A DNA stretch of 64,000 nucleotides from IMG/VR virus record IMGVR_UViG_3300035212_003113, positions 124,001 through 188,000 of that record; one strand, 5' to 3'. The position numbers and the translations under genes were made by a program. Of this stretch, positions 57,701-64,000 are shown one piece after another; within the stretch, counting starts at the first letter, position 1, and every line of letters starts with the position of its first letter. The notes below the pieces were generated by a model. The model saw only the letters and a list, made by a program, of their open reading frames with translations. It did not search any database and was not told the DNA's origin.

Positions 57701-60700
57701 CTCGGGCCTTACCAAGGGCACAAGAGACGACTTAAATGAAAAAATAAGACAGCTTGATTCGTCGTCAATATTGGGGCAGCACGGCCTCGATCTTGAGCCA
57801 CAAGCCGATGAAATTGCGAAATGGGGAACTGGGCCAGATGCTCGAGCCTCAGAGATAAAGTTCCGTATTGCGGCACTGGGCAGATTTCTTGGCAAGCGAA
57901 CGCGCTCCTCTGTAATAGCTGTCCTTGAAAAGACAATCAATCCTGGTATTAAGACAAAGAAGAAAGATGGCTCAGAGGAGGATTCGTATTTTGATGAGTC
58001 TTATTACGACCCCCTCTTGACTCTAGTCTCCAGAGAGATGAGACTTGCTCTTGAGACAGAGATCCAGGACGCAGTAGTTGCGCGCTATAAGCGTGGCAAA
58101 TTTAGAGAAACCACTAGCCTCGAACAGGCAGAGGGCGGAGCTGCCCGGGTCGATGAGTCCGAGGGGGACATCTCGGAGAAGAAAAAGAAGACCGTGAAAG
58201 AGGATGCTGGAGAATCTGTTGTCAGAGGAGAGGATATAAAGCAGTACGTATCTCGTTGGATTCAGTACCCTAATTACGGTGTCCGCGGAGGTCTGACTTC
58301 CTACTCAATGGCAGGAGTGATTGCTGATGCGCTCGAGAAGCGTGACTCTGGAGATGCCGGCCCTTTTTCCAATGCCATATCTTCTGGTTCTAAGCTTTCC
58401 TCTGATACGGTCAAGCTAAACAGCCTTCCGCAATTCGTAAGAGTTCTAAAGAATATGGCCAAGCTCGCCACTGGTTATCAGCTGTTCTATGTTCCAGCTG
58501 CCAAGAATCTTTCCCAGATTCTTGCGATCAGCAAGAAGAGTGGAGGTCTTTCTAGCCATCGCGAGATTGCTATTGACATAGGCGTTTATTGCGATCCGCT
58601 GACTGCAGCCAAGAACCTTGCCCGTGGAGCTAAGATCGGTGACACATTCAAGGAGGCCTTTGATCGCTTACTTATCAAGGTCGGAGACGAAAAGACAGAT
58701 AGCTATGAAGAGTGGCGAAATGCCGTCATAGAAGTGTCAAATTACTCTGTTGGCTCAAGGAGAAAGGCGGTATCAGGCTTGCACCAGCTTTCTACCGAGG
58801 ACAAGGATTTTCTAGATTCTCTTTTGGACAGAAAGTACGAACCAAGCCTATCATGGGGAGGAGACATGTACTCTGACTCAGAGAGGACGAGGTTGCGTGT
58901 GATCGGAAAAATTCTCCTGGAGCCTCGCCAGATTCCATGGTTAAAAGAATTCGTACAAGTTACCAAGGATCCGCAGCTGCTAGATGCCATGAAAAAGCGC
59001 TTTCCCAAAAAAGCAGAGGTCCTTGGAAAAGAGTTGGAAGACCTAGAGAAAAGCGTCGAGATGCGCAAAGCGTTCGCGTACGAGGCAAATGCCGCCCGCG
59101 ACCAGGAACCCGCATCTACCGGCACAGATCTTGTGAAGATTTTTCTTTCTGCCTATGCAAAACTAAATCATATTGATGCAGAAAAGAAGAAAACCTATAG
59201 AGCAGCTGTGTCCAAGGTGTCATCCGAAGTAAGGCCGAATGATCTAGTGCTGGCAATTTCTCGAGACACGAAATGCCAGGCGGCGACGGACTCTATGCTA
59301 GATAATTTACTCGAAAGCGGCGGAAAGCTAATCAACTCTGCTCTTGCGGGCGTTGCCGGCTACAAAGATATGGAGAGCGCAAAGGCAGACCCGTCTTTCA
59401 AGATAAAACTGCGCGAAGGCTTTTTGCAAAAACTATCTAAAGACCCATACTTTATCATTTCCTTTAAGGCTGGGCTAGAAGATCTATTTGGAGATGATTT
59501 CGATGACGCTGGCGAAGCCAAAGCGATATCCGCTGCGCTCAGCACGACAGGAGAGGTAGTACAGGATAACCGCGAAGTGGTAACGGGCGCACTTCTTGCC
59601 GCAGTGGGCGAGACGTGGAGGATTGTTCTCGGGGTTGCCTCCAAGGATGACGCATCGCGCGCAGCTGTCGACTCGCACGAATCGACCGCGCTTGCCGCCG
59701 TCGAGGGCTTTGCCAGAGTGCAGGGCGATCACCTGTCCAAGTATTCTGACGGGGTTTCGGTAAGAGATGCGATCCGCAGTGCCTGCGGAGCTAATGCAAA
59801 CCTAAATAAATTCATTGGCATGGTTGCCATGAAATACACAGGCGAAACGTTGCTCGGTGGGGAGAAGATTGAAGCGACGCGAACAATGATGAGTGATATG
59901 GCTTCTCTGTTCACTCCGAACTCAGAGCAGGTAAAGAAGTTTATAGAGACTGGCGACACCGCGCCAACTGCTTCTAAGACAATAAGAAGAAATGCGCCTG
60001 CTGCTCCGCCACAGCCAGTTGTTCGTCCGCCAGGTTTTTATGAAAATCTTTGCGAGGATGCTCAGTCTGTAGTTACGCAAGTCCTCGATTACTTTAATGC
60101 ATCTGAGGCTGTCCGTGACCGCGTTTTTGAGGCCAAGCAAGCAGCATCACGCGCCACTGCAAACTCGCAGGATAATCAGATCCGCCAGTTGTTTGAAGAG
60201 ATTAGCGTGGCAACAATGCCTGTGGCTGGTGCCCTGTCTCAGTATAAAACCGCATATCAGCTACATGCTAAGCATATACTTGAAAGGGCGAATGAGCTTA
60301 CTGGCATAATGAAGCAGGCATATCCCGATATTCACAATGTCCTTGACGAGATCTCTGCCAAAGGTATGGATCTTGCTCGAATCACTGACGAAGATCTTAA
60401 GAACTTGATTGCTGGAGATATGGCAAAAAATGCTCCAGAGGTCAAAGCATTTGTCTCTGCAGTGTCGACCGAGGGGGTTGACGCAGTCGTAGCGGCTACG
60501 CGTCGACAGGTCTACAGTGGAGTTGTGCCAAAAGGCAAGAAGATCGTAAGCCCTGCAGAAAGGGACAGGGCAAATATCACTCTGGACAAAATCTCTGCAG
60601 AGATAAAAAAATATCTTGATGTCAACGGACTAAACCTACTTGGCGACGAGGTGCTTAACAGCAGGATCTTGAGAGCTATCGGAATGGACGTTCTTAATGT

Positions 60701-62807
60701 ATTTAGAAACGGCAAGGTTGTCTTTGCCGAAGCAAGCAAAATCCTTGTCTCGCTTGGCGACTCCGCACCGATTACCCAAGAGGAGCTGGACCAGCGCCTG
60801 CGCTCCATGGTGCAAGACGCCATGGCGGACAAGGCGGCCGTCATAACCCGTTATATTTCCGGTAGCACCCAAAGCTTTGAAGACGTAGAAGAAGCAATGG
60901 AGTACGAGAGGACCGGGGCGACCGATCAGGATGAGCTGGAGGCAAGATTTAAGCTTGTTCGCCGCCATGGCCCAGGTATTCTTGAAAAGAAAAAGATCAT
61001 AACTGAGCGCGTGGTTTTCGCTTCCGATCTTTCAAAGAAAGCAGAGACGCAGTCGAGCCGCATTTCTCCCGAATTCCAATCAGAATTCCAAAAGGCTCAG
61101 GAGAAGATTAATGCGGGACGAAATATTGCTCAAGAGATAATTGAAAGTGCTCAGGGGGCAACAGACAGTGTTGACGAAGAGGTCACCATCTCCGAAGCCG
61201 AAGAGGCGCAAAAAGAAGACGTCCGCCGAAAGATCTCGGCTTATCTTGCCGCTCGCGCCGCTTCTGCACAAGGTGTTGCCAAGAAGATGATCGAGCTACT
61301 CCAGACAGAGGTAGACTCGGCACTTGGTGACGAAGAGGTCTTTGCATTCGTCTCTTTGCCAGGACTCAATACCATGTTGCGTTCACTACAGGGAGTAGAG
61401 AGCATCAGGCCGAATGAACTAGAGAGATCCGCTCGCTCACGCATAGAGCTCGTACTATCGAAAGTGAACGAGGCTTTTGAGGGAAGATTCCGCATTGTCT
61501 TGGACTACGGCAAAAAGGCTTCAGACTTTGATCTAAAGTTAGATGAAAAGCTTTTGGCAATAGTTCGTAAAGTAGATGCTCTAGCGAAGAATGTCGACCC
61601 AGACTCGGCCTCAGGGATCGGTCTATATAATATTCGACTTGCAGCGAGCAGCATACTCGCAGAAAAGAGAACCGTTCGCGATGACGCCAATATCTCCAGT
61701 GTCATCTCCTCTTTAAATGATCTTGATAGTCTGATTGCCATTGATCGCGCTGATCGCGCAAATCCGCGCACTGTCTCAAGTATAATGAGCAGAGTGTCTA
61801 ACCTTGGCGTATCAAGTGCAGATCGCACTGTGATATACAAAGAAGTTCCAGATGGCGCAGGAAGTCAGCAGGCAGTCGCAGACTTTGACAAGGAACTGGC
61901 CAAGATTGATGATTTTGTAAAAGCCAGCGAGGGATTCGGCCTAGAGCCAGAGCTAAAGGCAGTCGTCACACGACTAGGCGAAATGGCAAGTCTCTTGTCT
62001 CCTGGTCGCAGAAAGATAGATACCGGCGCCAACATGGACGGAGCCCTTTCTGCAATAAGAGAGCTTAATAGAGCACTGATCAGAGGCACTAAGCTAGAGA
62101 GAGCACAGCTGGATATGTTCCTTGATAGCATGCATCGCTTTGGCATAAAGACGGACGAGTTTGGCGCCGAGGTTATCGAGGTCACAGAGGATGTCGAGAC
62201 CGCGCCGCTAGAGGCCACAGGTCCTACTGCAGAGGTCCAGGTCGAAGCACCGACAGAAGAGGACGTTTTGGAAATTAGTGAGGATGACGTAACTTCCCTA
62301 GAGCCCCCCGCCGCAGAGTCAGGAAAAATGGCGCCTGATGAGGAGGAGCCGGTTGAAATCTCACAAGAGGATATTCAGCCGATTGAAGAGCCAGCCGCAG
62401 AAGCCCCTCCGGCCCCTGTTGCCCCGGCCTATGACCTGACCGAGGCACATGATGCCTTGCACCAGGTCGCAGAAGGTACTTCGTCTGCTGCCAAGGCCGC
62501 CGGCGCAGTTGGCGATACCGCCAACAAGCTCTCGACCCTGGTCAGCCGGCTCAGTGCAATGCTGCCCCCAACTGTGGACGTAGCTGCACTGCCCGCCAAG
62601 TTGCATGCTGCAACTGAAACGGCCAAGGCGGTGCAGGCCCTGGTGTCCTCGTCTGTCCGCTCGCCCACATGGACGGCAGGTTCTGAGTTGCCGCACATGC
62701 CCGAGTTGGACAAACTGATCTCCGAAGTAGATCAGATTATGTCGCCAACACGGCGGGCATCTAGGTCTCTCCGCTTCGTAAGAACAGGAGACTCCTGGTT
62801 GATCTGA
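54717..62807 (+). CDS. giant hypothetical protein (~2,700 aa), possibly virion-internal
   Basis: Uninterrupted ORF, charged and helical, acidic Pro-rich region near C-terminus; no catalytic motif recognised. Confidence 0.8.
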   Translation: MNFQLFKTAKLQNEITLPRTDFLVEVLRSIIAPLYLMNDKAHPELNGIAEALASYYEESQPGELVFRSTRSRDPYELFNPKLLNLKLSDVRGIASKVSNSSIELTDKSIISLIDLVMHETIYICWLEFCAMHPGLSFFAGAEGLSPAELIKTAVEQVEAGEEDGESEQPAGKDRNTGRRIKRNNEVLKTNLGPSYDQVRRAKAALAYRAAFNGYTHKGWMDLMPSHQVQTPKGLKTKVISTATRDALKNKSFNMMVFWADSSDHVSNVMANIAERLDRGERPNVDGMPLTRNPVASNAIYTNPDYYYTAGQSKVSPAAIYSAFNLGHSETVATQAANMGLLKHKLLFGEEGDRETLISGYAQSAIGAHKRIRSAFGKNPELLKDKLSSVLVDGFNFHVELMKSNGVNSLEYLNIFKALSNSSFKSFADRFLARIVASLRTDYASLQQASQDSFNIVEKHILESKTEFEGLASELRHMMISDEDMAKINSGMGYSDFLHFFAEIELNLPSYLHSKFSQENVNSFFAPVPVLNTEASIKLGDKEIRASNMVESFLGTAKEKQNPDELKFESAVAQALKTLSSKKVKMSQDSISLIRSALESVSKPNRLMMPDVDFESAIKDLQTLQNAIKQGVELAPEQVDAMLKGLQVRNIYSKESAPEDIREVSAKAAAAVADHGYKDTLFNVFSHSTVALRNLYVQTKQLSILLASKRKNKEQTSAAQKQWREAPSGSRDQGIAFKMRNLLETEGKDIDAQISAARKSVSVRLEQLLRGAKEDEKSSALAGTGLKKTSEKVVGEIRLALAEGKTYKKLDRDAMLSIVNAYDMSESGRLNIEASLLEGMLTAHATAGTPLSADGKILTTADLSNACRALVQNKQTEADYDTISAFLASSFSDDFNPDLPTQTYSDFFGAQKEYRGTLSVLKPDSNEPDEEADPILHLGVGSVPFTVDTVLEKFIGDVSGHALNNQLLTNAVSSQFSANKERIEKEIEENFEVDSDSGLTKGTRDDLNEKIRQLDSSSILGQHGLDLEPQADEIAKWGTGPDARASEIKFRIAALGRFLGKRTRSSVIAVLEKTINPGIKTKKKDGSEEDSYFDESYYDPLLTLVSREMRLALETEIQDAVVARYKRGKFRETTSLEQAEGGAARVDESEGDISEKKKKTVKEDAGESVVRGEDIKQYVSRWIQYPNYGVRGGLTSYSMAGVIADALEKRDSGDAGPFSNAISSGSKLSSDTVKLNSLPQFVRVLKNMAKLATGYQLFYVPAAKNLSQILAISKKSGGLSSHREIAIDIGVYCDPLTAAKNLARGAKIGDTFKEAFDRLLIKVGDEKTDSYEEWRNAVIEVSNYSVGSRRKAVSGLHQLSTEDKDFLDSLLDRKYEPSLSWGGDMYSDSERTRLRVIGKILLEPRQIPWLKEFVQVTKDPQLLDAMKKRFPKKAEVLGKELEDLEKSVEMRKAFAYEANAARDQEPASTGTDLVKIFLSAYAKLNHIDAEKKKTYRAAVSKVSSEVRPNDLVLAISRDTKCQAATDSMLDNLLESGGKLINSALAGVAGYKDMESAKADPSFKIKLREGFLQKLSKDPYFIISFKAGLEDLFGDDFDDAGEAKAISAALSTTGEVVQDNREVVTGALLAAVGETWRIVLGVASKDDASRAAVDSHESTALAAVEGFARVQGDHLSKYSDGVSVRDAIRSACGANANLNKFIGMVAMKYTGETLLGGEKIEATRTMMSDMASLFTPNSEQVKKFIETGDTAPTASKTIRRNAPAAPPQPVVRPPGFYENLCEDAQSVVTQVLDYFNASEAVRDRVFEAKQAASRATANSQDNQIRQLFEEISVATMPVAGALSQYKTAYQLHAKHILERANELTGIMKQAYPDIHNVLDEISAKGMDLARITDEDLKNLIAGDMAKNAPEVKAFVSAVSTEGVDAVVAATRRQVYSGVVPKGKKIVSPAERDRANITLDKISAEIKKYLDVNGLNLLGDEVLNSRILRAIGMDVLNVFRNGKVVFAEASKILVSLGDSAPITQEELDQRLRSMVQDAMADKAAVITRYISGSTQSFEDVEEAMEYERTGATDQDELEARFKLVRRHGPGILEKKKIITERVVFASDLSKKAETQSSRISPEFQSEFQKAQEKINAGRNIAQEIIESAQGATDSVDEEVTISEAEEAQKEDVRRKISAYLAARAASAQGVAKKMIELLQTEVDSALGDEEVFAFVSLPGLNTMLRSLQGVESIRPNELERSARSRIELVLSKVNEAFEGRFRIVLDYGKKASDFDLKLDEKLLAIVRKVDALAKNVDPDSASGIGLYNIRLAASSILAEKRTVRDDANISSVISSLNDLDSLIAIDRADRANPRTVSSIMSRVSNLGVSSADRTVIYKEVPDGAGSQQAVADFDKELAKIDDFVKASEGFGLEPELKAVVTRLGEMASLLSPGRRKIDTGANMDGALSAIRELNRALIRGTKLERAQLDMFLDSMHRFGIKTDEFGAEVIEVTEDVETAPLEATGPTAEVQVEAPTEEDVLEISEDDVTSLEPPAAESGKMAPDEEEPVEISQEDIQPIEEPAAEAPPAPVAPAYDLTEAHDALHQVAEGTSSAAKAAGAVGDTANKLSTLVSRLSAMLPPTVDVAALPAKLHAATETAKAVQALVSSSVRSPTWTAGSELPHMPELDKLISEVDQIMSPTRRASRSLRFVRTGDSWLI

Positions 62808-62809
62808 AG

Positions 62810-62838
62810 AAAAGCCCGGCCCCAAGCCGGGCTTTTTT
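62810..62838 (+). terminator. intrinsic terminator
   Basis: aaaagcccggc-cccaa-gccgggc plus T6. Confidence 0.88.
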
Positions 62839-62873
62839 GTCTGCTGCTTTTTGTGACAAGTGTAAGTCTTGGC

Positions 62874-64000
62874 ATGAACACACCAACCACAAAGCTAGTC
62901 GAAAAAGACGGCAACTTTATAGTGTCAATTACTGTTCCAACCCGTGATGTCGAGGACGCACTAAATTCTGCCGCCTCGGCAATCATGCCTTCGGCCGAAG
63001 TGCCCGGGTTCCGCCCAGGGCACACGCCACTGCCAGTAATTCGTCAGCATTACTCTACGCAGCTAAAGACGCAGGTGTCGGCCAAGCTAGTGCAGGAGGC
63101 AACTCGCACTGCTCTAAAGCAGCTAAGCATCTCGGCCGGCGCCCGTCCTACGTTAGATGGCGACTGTCGTCCGCGCGGCATTCGCAAGTGGCTCGGCAAG
63201 TTCGATATCAATGGTTCATTTTCTTTTTCGGTTGTGACTCCGGTCCCACCAAGAGTAGAGGCGGTCTGTGTCGACGGACTCAACATCGACACTAATGCGG
63301 ACGACTCCTCTCGTGCCGTAGACGAGCAGCTGCACCACCTGCGTCATGACTTTGTCATCAAGACAGTTTCAGAACTGCCATCCGCCGACGGTGACGAGGT
63401 CGTTTGCTCGATTACCGCTACAGATAGCAACGGACAGGAGATCCCAGACTTACGCCTGACAAGCTTTCCACTTTCCATGGATTTGCAAGCCAGCAACATG
63501 CTTAGCAAGACAATGGCACAGCACCTTCTTGGCAAGCGCCCCGGAGATATCGCAGAATTCTCCGAAGACGGCACCACGTACCGCATGGCTGTGGAAAGCG
63601 TCAGCAACCAGCAGCTGCCCCCCCTTGATGACGAATTTGCGGTCAAGTGTGGTTTCACGTCGCTTGCAGATCTGCGCCAACAGGTACTTAATGAGTGGTT
63701 TCTGAAAAATGCCGGCAGGGTTCGACGAGCGCTACATCTGCAGGTTCGCGAGCAGCTTGTAAAGAACAATCCTTTTGAAGTTCCCTCGGAGTGGCTCGCA
63801 GATTACGACAACAAAGTCCGCGGTCTTGCTCAAAATGACGAAACACTCCAGGGAGCAGATGCAGCGGAGTTCGCAAGGGTTTACGCAGCATCAGACTACC
63901 TACTAGAGCTTCTAGAGGATCAGTTCCCGGCAGAGACTACAATTTCAGATGTAGATTTGATTCAGTACGCAAAAGAAGAGCTGGCAACTGCTGCCGTCAA
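62874..64000 (+). CDS. tig: trigger factor (partial, runs off right edge; absent from ORF track)
   Basis: Manual translation: MNTPTTK...EVPGFRPGHTPLPVIRQHY (GFRxGxxP), VDEQLHHLR, DGDEV, LPPLDDEFAVKCGFTSLADLRQ. Confidence 0.88.
   Translation, partial: MNTPTTKLVEKDGNFIVSITVPTRDVEDALNSAASAIMPSAEVPGFRPGHTPLPVIRQHYSTQLKTQVSAKLVQEATRTALKQLSISAGARPTLDGDCRPRGIRKWLGKFDINGSFSFSVVTPVPPRVEAVCVDGLNIDTNADDSSRAVDEQLHHLRHDFVIKTVSELPSADGDEVVCSITATDSNGQEIPDLRLTSFPLSMDLQASNMLSKTMAQHLLGKRPGDIAEFSEDGTTYRMAVESVSNQQLPPLDDEFAVKCGFTSLADLRQQVLNEWFLKNAGRVRRALHLQVREQLVKNNPFEVPSEWLADYDNKVRGLAQNDETLQGADAAEFARVYAASDYLLELLEDQFPAETTISDVDLIQYAKEELATAAV

Noticed and set aside
1-64000. tRNA/rRNA genes and stop-codon reassignment
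   Set aside because: No cloverleaf or rRNA-like segment found by eye; conserved genes are intact under the standard code and end in TAA, TAG and TGA

Overview
Gene-dense, almost entirely plus-strand segment that reads as part of a large (jumbo-type) tailed phage genome rather than a bacterial chromosome. It carries a GH24 lysozyme, a 13.7-kb minus-strand array of four ~1,100-aa mosaic tail-fibre/adhesin genes (one ending in an S74 intramolecular chaperone), and phage-type replication/repair genes (dUTPase, DinG helicase, ATP-dependent ligase, Tmk, RNase HII, Mre11/Rad50, PD-(D/E)XK nuclease, stand-alone primase zinc finger, sigma factor). Host-like genes are present but outside their usual operons. 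The Lon protease resembles, from memory, Myxococcus LonD/BsgA, suggesting a Myxococcota host (inference). Main points of interest: (1) a nearly complete nascent-chain and proteostasis pipeline (bS21, peptide deformylase, trigger factor missed by the ORF track, GroEL, Lon, ClpP, AAA ATPase, I78-like inhibitor); (2) a dispersed glycosylation system with six GT-like genes, a three-gene sugar-synthesis cassette, and a duplicated two-gene module whose enzymes share an N-terminal tag; (3) a recurring DGY tripeptide in presumed outer virion proteins and a shared MxFxLxKxA leader in two other proteins; (4) a divergent family-A (TV-Pol-like) polymerase next to RNase HII; (5) two decayed partial duplications recording gene insertion or replacement. 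All calls come from reading motifs by eye; no database searches were run.
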